The notes under the pieces: model-generated
Told to the model about the DNA's origin: nothing
Seen by the model: only the letters and a program-made list of their open reading frames with translations
Database searches by the model: none
Translations under genes and position numbers: made by a program
Part shown: positions 50,509-62,578 of the stretch, in pieces
Numbering within the stretch: position 1 is the stretch's first letter
Layout of the letters: each line of letters opens with the position of its first letter
Source of the DNA: Escherichia phage vB_EcoM-E33
DNA length: 64,000 nt
Strand: one strand, 5' to 3'
Sequence record: OL780484.1

Positions 50509-51791
50509 TAATCAGCCTCGTAAATAATTGCCGGAAGTTTAACGCCAACCAGATAAGACATATTGCTCTGTCCAGCCATTAAATCCATATTGGTTGCATC
50601 GATAACACGAGCTTCTTTATCGTCTTTAGCCACGGTGTACGGGTTAGCTGATAGTGCATAACGAACCATCAGAGAAATAGAAGGTTGTAATGAATCCGGG
50701 TCAACAATAACCTTATAAGCACCGACGTGTTCTTGGTCATCTAAATCTAAGCCTTCGGTATAGGGAGCGTAGAAAATAGAACCGACAACTTCATTACCGC
50801 CGTAATTCTCTTTAACACCAACGGTAACATAATCTAATGGACTGTTAACGTCACAAAACAGAGGCAGACCATTCAACAAATATCCGTATGCAGTTTCCGG
50901 AAGCCAATTATTATCTTCGGGTTTATGTTTTAACCAGCCAGAACCTGCAAGCATTGCAGCCACACGACTTGAAGCCACAACAAACGTGCCAGAATAAGAA
51001 GTAGTTTTCTGGATTTCAGAATTCATCTCACAAACGAGTTCATAAAGTTTACGTGCAGATTCAGGAGCACTGTCATAAGACAAATCGATGATGCCGTTAT
51101 CAGATACACCAGTAACTTTATAACGTTTGGATACGGTTATTAGAGATTGCAGAACGTCTTTATTAATTTCATCTGCCATTACTGTAGCCAAGAGGTCTTC
51201 TAAGAACGCCGGCGCGTCAAAGCCATTTGATTCCATATCCTGCGCTAATTCTACAGTCAAAGCCGTCTTCAATTTACGGGTCTTAACCGGAGCATTCCAT
51301 TTATTAACCTGGAATACAGCATCAGAGATTTCTACATCACTCGCTTCAAATTTAGTGGTATGGGCAGCATCAGGAACCAGACGACATGTTAATGACACTA
51401 AACCTTCTTGAAGAGCATCAGCCAATTCTGTGGCGCTAGTGGACGCGAGTGGGCTTGCTTTAAGAGCCTTATAAACCACATTCTGGTACTTGAAATATTC
51501 ACCCTGAGCAATCGCCTGGGCCTTATCTGTGAGTTCTGGGATAGTTTCACGGTCTTTAGAACCAACTTCACCACCATAAGAGGCACCTGTCTGGAAACTA
51601 AATTCATTATCAGGGGTAAGATATTTGACACCATACAGTGCAGCAATAGGCTGGCTAGTACGTTGTTCGGCGATAATATCACGGTAAATCAATTTGGTTG
51701 TAGCACGGGTCAAAGCAACAAGATTAGGGCGACCCAATGAGTTGCTGGAAGTAGTTGTTGACTCGCGCAGTAATTCGTTAATCTTTGCCAT
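50508..51791 (-). CDS. 24: Head vertex protein gp24
   Basis: 427 aa, MAKINELLRESTTTSSNSLGRPNLVALTRATTKLIY... near-identical to recalled T4 gp24. Confidence 0.92.
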   Translation of the reverse strand: MAKINELLRESTTTSSNSLGRPNLVALTRATTKLIYRDIIAEQRTSQPIAALYGVKYLTPDNEFSFQTGASYGGEVGSKDRETIPELTDKAQAIAQGEYFKYQNVVYKALKASPLASTSATELADALQEGLVSLTCRLVPDAAHTTKFEASDVEISDAVFQVNKWNAPVKTRKLKTALTVELAQDMESNGFDAPAFLEDLLATVMADEINKDVLQSLITVSKRYKVTGVSDNGIIDLSYDSAPESARKLYELVCEMNSEIQKTTSYSGTFVVASSRVAAMLAGSGWLKHKPEDNNWLPETAYGYLLNGLPLFCDVNSPLDYVTVGVKENYGGNEVVGSIFYAPYTEGLDLDDQEHVGAYKVIVDPDSLQPSISLMVRYALSANPYTVAKDDKEARVIDATNMDLMAGQSNMSYLVGVKLPAIIYEAD

Positions 51792-51819
51792 TGCGCTTTC
51801 CTTATTGAGGGTATATGTT

Positions 51820-51827
51820 TATTTATA
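51820..51827 (-). promoter_or_regulatory. Late promoter for gene 24
   Basis: Minus-strand TATAAATA 29 nt upstream of the gene 24 ATG. Confidence 0.7.
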
Positions 51828-51833
51828 AAAGTT

Positions 51834-51863
51834 GTTTACAGCAAGATTCTCACATGTTACTAT
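51834..51863 (+). promoter_or_regulatory. Early promoter reading antisense to the late capsid block
   Basis: GTTTAC, 18 bp, TACTAT. Confidence 0.7.
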
Positions 51864-51892
51864 AGACATATCAAAACATGAGGAGATTAAAA

Positions 51893-52159
51893 ATGAACAA
51901 GTTAAACTTTATTCGTACTACTCTTTCCGCTCTTGATAAAGACATCAAAGCTCTGGTAGAAAAATTCGGTAACAATCCTAATGGTAATGCAGTGAATGCC
52001 TTAGTTAAGAAATACGAAGCCATGGCTTATGCTACCGACTTCTGGTGGAACGGTGAATACTCTACCCATACCAAAGACAAATCTGGTAACTGGCTGAAAA
52101 TCCAAGAAAATCGTATTGACTTCCGTGATATCATCAACCGCCGAGTTAAGATTGCATAA
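51893..52159 (+). CDS. Hypothetical early protein encoded antisense to the late capsid block
   Basis: ATG 51893 with RBS GAGGAG behind an early promoter; lies where T4 has segD (as I recall) but shows no endonuclease motifs. Confidence 0.55.
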   Translation: MNKLNFIRTTLSALDKDIKALVEKFGNNPNGNAVNALVKKYEAMAYATDFWWNGEYSTHTKDKSGNWLKIQENRIDFRDIINRRVKIA

Positions 52160-52174
52160 TACAGAAACAAGAAT

Positions 52175-52192
52175 GGGAGACCGAAGTCTCCC
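52175..52192. terminator. Terminator hairpin between the 51893 ORF and gene 23
   Basis: GGGAGACcgaaGTCTCCC; on the minus strand the loop reads UUCG and a T-rich run follows. Confidence 0.7.
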
Positions 52193-52208
52193 ATAATAAG
52201 GTTATATC

Positions 52209-53768
52209 TTAGATACCTTTAACATATACGCGACGGAAGTAACCATTCAGACCAAGGCTGTTAACGATGTCAGGCATACCATTCTGGATACGTTTGGTAG
52301 GAGCCTGAGCAGCAGGGTCAGCGAACGGGTTGATACCGATACCGTAACGAGTTTTGAAGCCCATTACCGGTTGGAAGTTCTTCGGATCGGAACCACGCAG
52401 CGGGGTCAGTGCAACGTACGGAGCATAGTAGATACCTGCGTCCATTTCGTTAGCGCCTTTATAACCGATGGTGAAGTAATCGGAACGTGCATACTGGTCG
52501 ATGTAAACGCGATATTTACCACCAAGAACACCGGCAAATACTGCTTTGGTTGTGTCAACGTTGAAACCTTGACCCAGACCTTGAGCTGCATAACTTACAG
52601 AAGTATCAACTGCAGCCAGTACGTTAACTACGTTACGGGAAGCGATGATGAAGTTACCAGCACCACGACCGGTCTGACGAGCGATTTCGGCTGCTTCTTT
52701 ATCAATCTGGAACAGAAGGGCTTTAAAGCTCTCACCGGCCCAACGAGCACCACGGATATCAATCGGGTCCTGGAAGTCAAACACACCAGCTTTAGCGCCA
52801 ACGGTGTTGGTCATACCAGATTTACCAACCTGTGCAGAGTAGTTAATCCAATCGATAACTTCACGGTTGATTTCGAGCATAATTTCGGTAGCAAGGATAC
52901 CGGACAGTTCAGCATCTGCATCCATACCGTGTACTGCACGAAGGTCCTGTGCCAGTTCGATAGAGTAGCTTGCTTTCAGCTGACGGGATTTAGCTTCGAT
53001 AACTTGTTTGTCGATGCGGAAGCCCATTTCGTTCCACGGGTTATCGGTAGAACCGTTAAAGCCTTCCTGAAGTTCGGCGATAGAAGTAGCCATACCTTCA
53101 GCCAATTCAGCCAACTTACCAGCTTCAATCAAAGCGGTAACAGCAGCATCCAGTTTAGCGGCATCAGTAGCAGCAGCATCAACGGTTACGGCTTCAACAG
53201 CCTGGAAGTGTGCAGCACCGGTAGCTTCGAAGAAGTGAGAATAAATTTTACCAACTTCCAGAACTTTGCTTGCCGCCAGTGCTTCGAAAGTTTCAGCAGC
53301 ACCCTGACCAGAGAACATAGCGTCTGGAGAATACATCGGATGGAAAGCTTCTTTAGCGCCAGAAGCGATAGGGTCTTTACCATAAACTGCACGAAGGGCA
53401 AATACCTGGCCGGTAGGGTTATTCAGAGGCTGAACACCACAAATATCAAAAGCAATCAGATGAGGAATAGCACGACGAACCATACCCATTACTGCCGGCC
53501 CAATCTGAGTTACAGCACCAGAAGTCTGGCCAGCTGCGATATTGGTAGCATCATAACCGTGGTCACCACCAATTTCAGCTTCGGTCAGGAAAGAACCAAA
53601 TGCTTCAGAGATTTTTTCATCACGATATTCCGGAGCAGTCAGGATGTCTTGTTCCTGGTTTTCGAAAATTTTAGCGATGATAGCTTGTTTAGAAGCACCC
53701 ACGATTTCAGGAAGGGCTTCGTTTTCCAGCAGAGCGGACCATTTTTGAACTAATGCATTCTTTTTCAT
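52209..53768 (-). CDS. 23: Major capsid protein gp23
   Basis: 519 aa; long near-identical stretches to recalled T4 gp23 (AEIGGDHGYDATNIAAGQTSGAVTQIGPAVMGMVRRAIP...). Confidence 0.97.
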   Translation of the reverse strand: MKKNALVQKWSALLENEALPEIVGASKQAIIAKIFENQEQDILTAPEYRDEKISEAFGSFLTEAEIGGDHGYDATNIAAGQTSGAVTQIGPAVMGMVRRAIPHLIAFDICGVQPLNNPTGQVFALRAVYGKDPIASGAKEAFHPMYSPDAMFSGQGAAETFEALAASKVLEVGKIYSHFFEATGAAHFQAVEAVTVDAAATDAAKLDAAVTALIEAGKLAELAEGMATSIAELQEGFNGSTDNPWNEMGFRIDKQVIEAKSRQLKASYSIELAQDLRAVHGMDADAELSGILATEIMLEINREVIDWINYSAQVGKSGMTNTVGAKAGVFDFQDPIDIRGARWAGESFKALLFQIDKEAAEIARQTGRGAGNFIIASRNVVNVLAAVDTSVSYAAQGLGQGFNVDTTKAVFAGVLGGKYRVYIDQYARSDYFTIGYKGANEMDAGIYYAPYVALTPLRGSDPKNFQPVMGFKTRYGIGINPFADPAAQAPTKRIQNGMPDIVNSLGLNGYFRRVYVKGI

Positions 53769-53789
53769 GTGTTGTATAACCTTATTAAA

Positions 53790-54605
53790 TTAAGAAATTC
53801 GTGATGCTGCGATTGCAGACAGGTCCGCGAAGGACAGGGTAGGCTTAGCGCCTTTTTCTTCAACTGCTTCTGAAATGTAATTCAGTGCCGCAGCATCGTC
53901 TACATTTTTATTTATAGCGGCTTCGGTGATTGGGTTTTCAACGTCAGACTGACCTTTAACCATTTCAACAATAGCGCCAATTTTTCTACCGAATGCATCG
54001 GAATAATCCATGCCTTCTACCAGAGAACTAACTTTTTCTTTTTGGGATTCAGTCAGGTCTTTAGTTGCTTCCGTAACAGCAACTTCACGCTGTACGTAAT
54101 TAATATACGCGTCGCGCTTACCAACTTCTTCGAACAGACGAGCGGTTTCATCTTTCTGCTCTTGGAGTTCTTCTTCCATTTCAGCAACAACATCTACTGC
54201 TTCTTCTGGAACAACCACATTGTGTTCAACAAACAGTTCTTTCATACCCATCAACATGGATTCGAACAGTTCGGCTTTAATACCTTTATCAACAGCCAGC
54301 TGGTTTTCAGCCATCCATTCTTTAGCAACGTGGTCAAGGAAACGACCTGCAGCTTCTTGGATTTTCTTATCGGCTTTTTCTTCAGCTTCTTCTTTATTTT
54401 TCTCGACTTCTTCTTCCGCTTTTTCAGCGATTTTAGCGATGTGAGATTCAGCCAGTTTCACGGCGTGTTGCTTGACGGTAGCTTCGAATACAGTGCCGAA
54501 AGTTTCTTTTGCTTCCGGAGAAATATTAACTGATTCGAAAATACTGTCAAGAGCAACGGAAGCATCAATATTCTGTGCTTCGGCGATCAGTTGTTCTTTA
54601 AGCAT
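53790..54605 (-). CDS. 22: Prohead core scaffold protein gp22
   Basis: 271 aa, MLKEQLIAEAQNIDASVALDSIFESVNISPEAKETFG... matches recalled T4 gp22. Confidence 0.9.
   Translation of the reverse strand: MLKEQLIAEAQNIDASVALDSIFESVNISPEAKETFGTVFEATVKQHAVKLAESHIAKIAEKAEEEVEKNKEEAEEKADKKIQEAAGRFLDHVAKEWMAENQLAVDKGIKAELFESMLMGMKELFVEHNVVVPEEAVDVVAEMEEELQEQKDETARLFEEVGKRDAYINYVQREVAVTEATKDLTESQKEKVSSLVEGMDYSDAFGRKIGAIVEMVKGQSDVENPITEAAINKNVDDAAALNYISEAVEEKGAKPTLSFADLSAIAASRIS
53909..53916 (-). promoter_or_regulatory. Candidate late promoter for gene 23 (inside the 3' end of gene 22)
   Basis: Minus-strand TATAAATA about 140 nt upstream of the gene 23 ATG; no closer match found. Confidence 0.4.
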
Positions 54606-54635
54606 TTTGTAGTCCTGTTGTTTAGATAATAATAT

Positions 54636-55271
54636 TTATAACGCTTTTTTCATGGCCTCTGCGAGAGCCATAAAGGCGTCATCGGCACTGGTATCGGTTT
54701 CTACCGTTTGTGATTCTGTAATTTGCTTCGGAGTTACATAAGCATCAGGAGCAGATGGTCCCCATACTGCATCAACACCGACGGTTAATTTATAACCTTC
54801 GTTTACACGCTTATATCCTTTATTGGTTTCAGTTAAAGAACCAAGACCGCGAGAACTAACACCAGGAACCCAGCCAGCTCGGATATTTGCAGCTAGTTTA
54901 TCACCCGGGCCATGGTCACCTTCGATGATACGTGCACGTCCATAAACATCATTACCTTTCCACCACATATCTTCAATAATGATAGCAGCTTGCATAGGGT
55001 CAACGTTAGCACGAGGTGGGTGGTTTAATTCTCCTAAAGCTTGTTTAGTAGCAACCTGTTCTGCCATATAATCGGCAACGGCTTTTTCCAAAATAGGTTT
55101 TGGGTAAAGGCGTTTATTACGGTTAACTACCTCTGCTTGCATGAAAATGCCTTCTATATAAAGGCCGGGAGCAAGCCCAGAATTTTTTCCATCATGAGAT
55201 TCCAACATAGGAACCCCATCGATAATTTCACCTGGTTGTCCCCAATGTTCGATGAGCAATTCAGGTTTCAT
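54636..55271 (-). CDS. 21: Prohead protease gp21
   Basis: 211 aa; near-identical to recalled T4 gp21 (LLIEHWGQPGEIIDGVPMLESHDGK...). Confidence 0.95.
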   Translation of the reverse strand: MKPELLIEHWGQPGEIIDGVPMLESHDGKNSGLAPGLYIEGIFMQAEVVNRNKRLYPKPILEKAVADYMAEQVATKQALGELNHPPRANVDPMQAAIIIEDMWWKGNDVYGRARIIEGDHGPGDKLAANIRAGWVPGVSSRGLGSLTETNKGYKRVNEGYKLTVGVDAVWGPSAPDAYVTPKQITESQTVETDTSADDAFMALAEAMKKAL

Positions 55272-55699
55272 TAGTTAAGTCCAAAAGCTTTACGTTTAGA
55301 ACGGGCTTTCTTACGCTTACGTTCGGCACGTACTTGAGTAGACGGATTAGCACGTTTGGTTTTAGATGCTTTACGAGCAATCTGACGGCGTTTTGCTTTA
55401 GATAAACCTGTCGTTTGGAACGCATTACGTTGACGGGTTTTAATATCTTTAGTACGAGTAAGCTCACCTTTAGAGGAAACGTGTTTAACGATAAATTCGT
55501 TAAGAGCCATTGATTCATTTAAAGAACCAAGAGCGATAGCACATTCGATATCGCCTTCAGCAATCATGTTCTCTACAAGATTATTTATATCGCTTTTCTC
55601 GAGCGCTTCAGAAAGAGCAGCAAAACGTCCCTGTGCTTCTGGAATTTTGGCCTCTACGCTTTCTAGAGTTAATTCGTAATCATCAGGGATAAGGAACAT
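55271..55699 (-). CDS. 68: Prohead core protein gp68
   Basis: 142 aa; T4 synteny (20-67-68-21). Confidence 0.75.
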   Translation of the reverse strand: MFLIPDDYELTLESVEAKIPEAQGRFAALSEALEKSDINNLVENMIAEGDIECAIALGSLNESMALNEFIVKHVSSKGELTRTKDIKTRQRNAFQTTGLSKAKRRQIARKASKTKRANPSTQVRAERKRKKARSKRKAFGLN

Positions 55700-55944
55700 T
55701 ATTCGTCGTCCTCGTCATCATCCGCATCGTCAGATTCTTTTTTGTCTTTCTTATCTGCTTTATCGGATTTTTCGTCGTCTTCGTCATCTTCGTCAGCTTC
55801 TTCGCCTTCAATCATAACGGAGCGAGCAATTTCTGCTTTACGGGCTTCAATCAAAGCGGTTACTCGAGATTCGATAAGCGGGGCTGCTGCTTTACGAACT
55901 GCTACGAGGTCGTTTGATTTAATAGCTTCGATTAAATCTTCCAT
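55699..55944 (-). CDS. 67: Prohead core protein gp67
   Basis: 81 aa with highly acidic C-terminus; T4 synteny. Confidence 0.75.
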   Translation of the reverse strand: MEDLIEAIKSNDLVAVRKAAAPLIESRVTALIEARKAEIARSVMIEGEEADEDDEDDEKSDKADKKDKKESDDADDDEDDE

Positions 55945-57518
55945 TAGAAATCCTCTTCTTCTTCATCTGGGTTTTGGAAACGAGCCTCTTTAGACTCTTC
56001 TTCAATTTGCTTAGCTTCTTGATTAATTTCTTCGTCGGTCATTTGGAGGAAATCTTTCATAGCCGTTTGATGTGAAATATACTTACCAATAAATGGTTCA
56101 GCCATCGTTAGCATATTGATTCTGCGTTCCATGATTTCAGCATCTTTCATTTCACTGAAATAGCTATCACGGTTAAACGTAACTTTAATATTATTTATTT
56201 CCTTTTCCCACTCATCTTCTGTAATAATCTTTTTAAGAATGAGGTTTGTTTTTAACGGGTCTAGGAAAATTTCTTCAAATTTGTTTTGTAGTTGACGAAT
56301 CCATTTAGAGAATTTTAATTCGTCACGAGTGATTGCTGTACCGGCATCAAACATAACACCAGAATTAGACTCGCTAGGGATACGTGATTCAGGAACACGC
56401 AACGCACGGTAAAGTGCTGTGCGGAAATAAAGAACGTCATCCATATCACTCATACCAGTAGCACCTGGCATTGTATCAACTTCTGTTACCGCTTTACCAT
56501 CACGACGTTGCAACCAATAGTCTTCAGTCATGGACATATTGTGTTGTTGGTTTTTAATTTTACCTGTCGAAGCATCATACACCACACGGTTTTTCATCGT
56601 GTTCATGATATGTTGCATTTGTGCTGCAGCCTTACGTGAAGGCATATTACCTGTATCGATATAAAACACACGACGGTCAGGAGCACGTGTAATACGGTAG
56701 ATGACCATTGCGTCTTCCATCAATTTAAGCTGGTTTGCAGGCTTAATAGCACGTTGCAAATAGCCAATGATGTTTTTACCACAACAATCTAATAATCCAG
56801 AATGAGCATAAACCACTGCAGCACGAGGAATTTTAACTTTAGTCCCGGCTGAATAAATGCGTCCGTCAGCGCAATAACTTTCATGGCCTGTATCATAAAC
56901 GAAAAACTCGCGATATCCGTCTACAACTTTAACGCCATCTTCCATACGTGTAACGATTTCACGAATATATTGGACTTGGCGTGGGTCTAAGCGACGAAGC
57001 TCTTGTACGCCATCTTTCATTTTTTTAGGGTTTATAATTTTATGAAAGAAAATTCTTGAGTCTACATACCAGCGTTGGAAATGGTCAGTACCTTTACGTT
57101 GGAAATTTAAAAGGTTTAAAACTTCACTGAATTCGGCCAAGATTTTATCTTTAATTGCTTGACTAAATTCTGTCCCGTCTAAATTCAATGCAACTACTTC
57201 TTTATCATCCTCATAGACAATAGCGTCAGACACAATTTCCTGTACGGCGTTGTCGACTTCATAGTTGTTCATTAAATTACGGTAGGTATCAATAAGTTCC
57301 CTGGTATTTTTAACTTCAGGCTCATTACTACCAAACATCTGTTGCATAAGAGCATTATAAGGAATATTTTGCTCTCGTGTCTCAATTTCGCGAGCGCCAT
57401 CATCAAGCTTAGGTGCGGTGACAGACTCTAAATTGTTATTAATTTGTTGTTTATATTCTTTTTCGTCTTCATTAGCCCATGGCTTAAGAAAACTTAATAT
57501 TGTATTAAAGTTTGCCAT
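55944..57518 (-). CDS. 20: Portal vertex protein gp20
   Basis: 524 aa; T4 synteny and size. Confidence 0.93.
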   Translation of the reverse strand: MANFNTILSFLKPWANEDEKEYKQQINNNLESVTAPKLDDGAREIETREQNIPYNALMQQMFGSNEPEVKNTRELIDTYRNLMNNYEVDNAVQEIVSDAIVYEDDKEVVALNLDGTEFSQAIKDKILAEFSEVLNLLNFQRKGTDHFQRWYVDSRIFFHKIINPKKMKDGVQELRRLDPRQVQYIREIVTRMEDGVKVVDGYREFFVYDTGHESYCADGRIYSAGTKVKIPRAAVVYAHSGLLDCCGKNIIGYLQRAIKPANQLKLMEDAMVIYRITRAPDRRVFYIDTGNMPSRKAAAQMQHIMNTMKNRVVYDASTGKIKNQQHNMSMTEDYWLQRRDGKAVTEVDTMPGATGMSDMDDVLYFRTALYRALRVPESRIPSESNSGVMFDAGTAITRDELKFSKWIRQLQNKFEEIFLDPLKTNLILKKIITEDEWEKEINNIKVTFNRDSYFSEMKDAEIMERRINMLTMAEPFIGKYISHQTAMKDFLQMTDEEINQEAKQIEEESKEARFQNPDEEEEDF

Positions 57519-57566
57519 TAGAGTCTCCGATGAATGGGATAAGGAGCCGAAGCTCCTTGATAATTC

Positions 57567-57574
57567 TATTTATA
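57567..57574 (-). promoter_or_regulatory. Late promoter for gene 20
   Basis: Minus-strand TATAAATA 49 nt upstream of the gene 20 ATG, with hairpin 57541-57558 in the leader. Confidence 0.65.
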
Positions 57575-57575
57575 C

Positions 57576-58067
57576 TCATTCCCACCAATCGATAGCGAAC
57601 GTAGATTCGAAAGTTTCTACCTCGTTGTTGCTGTCCCAATCCATCTGGACTTCACCAACGTTAGTAGGCCATAAGCCGTAAATTGTAACTTCTTTGGTCA
57701 CAGTCTTGCCGTCACGATGGAACTGGCGAACTACTGCTTGTTTCTTATATTCTGCAGGTGCTGCACCGGTAATTTCATTGGTCATACCGTGACAGAGATT
57801 CTGCCAATCGACAATTGCTTGACGGGTGTCATGTGCATCATCGTTATAAATGGTAATGGTCCAATCATCAAACGTACGGTCACCGGCTACGTTAATTTTA
57901 CGGTTCATGTAGCCAACCGGTACTTTTTCTACAATGCCTGCTGGCATTGGTGCTGCTTTACATTTAAAGCTAAAGTTTTTACCAAGAAATGGAATTTCCA
58001 CTTCGAAAAGGTTAGGGCGTGCAAAGTCACCTGACTCAAATGCACGAGTGATATCTGTCAACTCCAT
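57576..58067 (-). CDS. 19: Tail tube protein gp19
   Basis: 163 aa from ATG 58067 (MELTDITRAFESGDFARPNLFEVEI...), matches recalled T4 gp19; the ORF-track start 58097 would run into the upstream hairpin. Confidence 0.93.
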   Translation of the reverse strand: MELTDITRAFESGDFARPNLFEVEIPFLGKNFSFKCKAAPMPAGIVEKVPVGYMNRKINVAGDRTFDDWTITIYNDDAHDTRQAIVDWQNLCHGMTNEITGAAPAEYKKQAVVRQFHRDGKTVTKEVTIYGLWPTNVGEVQMDWDSNNEVETFESTFAIDWWE

Positions 58068-58119
58068 GGGATGCCTCTTAAGTCGGTTCCTGGACACACC
58101 AGGAACGTTCTGATTAATT

Positions 58120-58127
58120 TATTTATA
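58120..58127 (-). promoter_or_regulatory. Late promoter for gene 19
   Basis: Minus-strand TATAAATA 53 nt upstream of the gene 19 ATG, with hairpin 58085-58106 in the leader. Confidence 0.65.
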
Positions 58128-58252
58128 ACAGTTGATAAATCATATTCCTAAAGAATAATCAACCCCAGGCGCAATTCTGCGTGATGTACGCTGTAACCAA
58201 ACTCATGGTATAATGGTTTTAGGTTCTTTATATTACAGCCTGGGATAATAGA

Positions 58253-60235
58253 TTATACTAAAGGTCCAATCAATTCATCAAAATCAGCACCAGTGCTCGT
58301 TGCAACGAAGTTCAACGTGATGTAGTTAATAGAACGGGCCGGTTTAACGTAGATATTAGCAATAAACTCATTACGGTCGATAACCGCAGGGGTGTTCACT
58401 GTAGTATCACAAACCACACGTCCTTCATAAATCCCACCAAGTGCCTTAATACCATCTAAGTACTGAGAAACTTCCATACGGAAGCTTGAACGAGTGAAGT
58501 TGTCGTTCAATTCAAACAGTTTATATTTAGAGGCATCACCGATATTTTTCTTAAGCATGTTGAACAGACGGCGAACGTTAATGTGGTCCATCGGAGATGG
58601 AACTTTGGTTGCAGTCTTATCACCAAACAATACGAAACCATCGCCACCAGCAAAACCAACAACTGGGTTAATAGCTTCTTGGTACATGCGGTCACGTTGA
58701 GCTTGGCGCGGTTCAATTGCCAATTTCAGAACGTTAAGAATCTGGCCACGGTTATAACCTGCCGGAGACATCCAAGGCTGAGAAACATCATCAGTACGTG
58801 CACACAAACCAGCCATATCAGCGGCCAGAGGCACCCAACGGTTTACGTCATTATATTTGTCATACTGATATTTATAGTTACCATCAATAGCAGCATAAGT
58901 GGTGCTAATGTTCATGTTGTTGGTATCGAAAGTACCTGCACCGGTACGCCAGTCGATAAGATTATCTACTGCACGAGTCAATGGAACGTTAACCAACAGT
59001 CCTTTAGGAGGAGAAATAAATGCCAAGCAATCCTGACGTTCATCAGCAATACTAACAACGTGTTTCTGGACGGTAGAAGCAACTTCATCACCTTCACCGG
59101 CAACGGCACCAGCAATCAAAAGGTTAATATGGAGTGCTTCACGGTCGGCAAACAAATCCCAACCCTGCATCAAATCACTCGCAGTAACCTGATCGTTAGC
59201 AGATACACCACCCATAAGATTGATGATACCACTAAAACCGGCCGGCCAGTTCAGAGAGGTAGCGAAGATATAGTTCGAAGTGCCTTTAGCGAAATAATCA
59301 TCCAGATAGATGTTATTACCGTAAACGTCTTTTTCGCCTTCTTTGGTAGAAAGTACGACGGATTCTACGATTGCACCATCACGACGAACAATAATAGCAT
59401 ACTGGTTATCGGACTGAGGGCCGTAGTTGAATACCGCTTTAGCTACAGAAGCACGAGTACCACCGTTTGGATAAATATCCAACATTTTAGTAGAACCAGC
59501 ATCATAAGCCGCTTTAGAAACAATTTCAACTTCCAGAGTACTACCAATTTCACCAGGATAAAGGGCGACCACACCAGGCATACCAAACTGTTTAAGAGAT
59601 GCTTGGAACTCCAGGGAAGTAATAGCTTCTTCACTGTTCTCTGCTTCAGTCAACAGAATACCGGAATCGGTTACAATTTTACCGACAGTAATAGTACCAG
59701 AAACACCGGAAGAGGCAGAAGTAACTTCAGCAGTCCACGCAGGGCCTAGGTTCGGATACTGGTTAACAGAACGAGCATAAGAAATAATCTTGCCGGTAGG
59801 AATAAACACTGATAGAATTTTACCGTCTGTATCGACCGAAGTTACACGACCTTCAGATTCAACAACAGTCTGGTTATATTTGATATTAATTTTATCGCCT
59901 ACCGCATAGTTAGAACCTGCAGTAGTAATAGCGGTTTGGACGTTACCCGCTACCGGAGACGCGTTTTTAGCGAATTCACGGTTAACAACACGAACAGTAC
60001 GAAGGTCGTTACCATACTGGAGGAAGTTCATACCCGACATGAAGTAATCAGCAACTTCGTTATTAGGACCTCCAAATAAGTCGACCAGTTCAACTTCATT
60101 AGTAATCTGAGTTACCTGGAAAGCAGGGCCCCACTGGAATTTACCAACCAGCGCTGCACGACCCGTTGCGTTACGAACGACAGTACTCTGTACGGACGTT
60201 TCTTTGAGCTCAATGCCCGGTGATAATAAAGACAT
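58253..60235 (-). CDS. 18: Tail sheath protein gp18
   Basis: 660 aa; T4 synteny and size (659 aa). Confidence 0.95.
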   Translation of the reverse strand: MSLLSPGIELKETSVQSTVVRNATGRAALVGKFQWGPAFQVTQITNEVELVDLFGGPNNEVADYFMSGMNFLQYGNDLRTVRVVNREFAKNASPVAGNVQTAITTAGSNYAVGDKINIKYNQTVVESEGRVTSVDTDGKILSVFIPTGKIISYARSVNQYPNLGPAWTAEVTSASSGVSGTITVGKIVTDSGILLTEAENSEEAITSLEFQASLKQFGMPGVVALYPGEIGSTLEVEIVSKAAYDAGSTKMLDIYPNGGTRASVAKAVFNYGPQSDNQYAIIVRRDGAIVESVVLSTKEGEKDVYGNNIYLDDYFAKGTSNYIFATSLNWPAGFSGIINLMGGVSANDQVTASDLMQGWDLFADREALHINLLIAGAVAGEGDEVASTVQKHVVSIADERQDCLAFISPPKGLLVNVPLTRAVDNLIDWRTGAGTFDTNNMNISTTYAAIDGNYKYQYDKYNDVNRWVPLAADMAGLCARTDDVSQPWMSPAGYNRGQILNVLKLAIEPRQAQRDRMYQEAINPVVGFAGGDGFVLFGDKTATKVPSPMDHINVRRLFNMLKKNIGDASKYKLFELNDNFTRSSFRMEVSQYLDGIKALGGIYEGRVVCDTTVNTPAVIDRNEFIANIYVKPARSINYITLNFVATSTGADFDELIGPLV

Positions 60236-60264
60236 TTTGAATCCTCTTGGTTATGCTTTATTGT

Positions 60265-62574
<2,310 letters not shown>

Positions 62575-62578
<4 letters not shown>

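Larger units (their letters stand above)
49228..51791 (-). repeat. Tandem duplication of gene 24 (two divergent paralogs)
   Basis: Two adjacent ORFs of 427 and 426 aa of the same capsid family, joined by a 1-nt stop/start overlap. Confidence 0.85.

Noticed and set aside
52371-53753. 460-aa plus-strand ORF
   Set aside because: Lies entirely antisense to the major capsid gene 23, which is near-identical to recalled T4 gp23; the product is low-complexity with no start context. Treated as a codon-bias artefact.
54042-54533. 163-aa plus-strand ORF (and nested 54220-54444)
   Set aside because: Antisense to scaffold gene 22; Phe-rich nonsense translation of a Glu/Lys-rich gene.
58583-59749. 388-aa plus-strand ORF
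   Set aside because: Antisense to tail sheath gene 18; no RBS; artefact of the long gene on the opposite strand.
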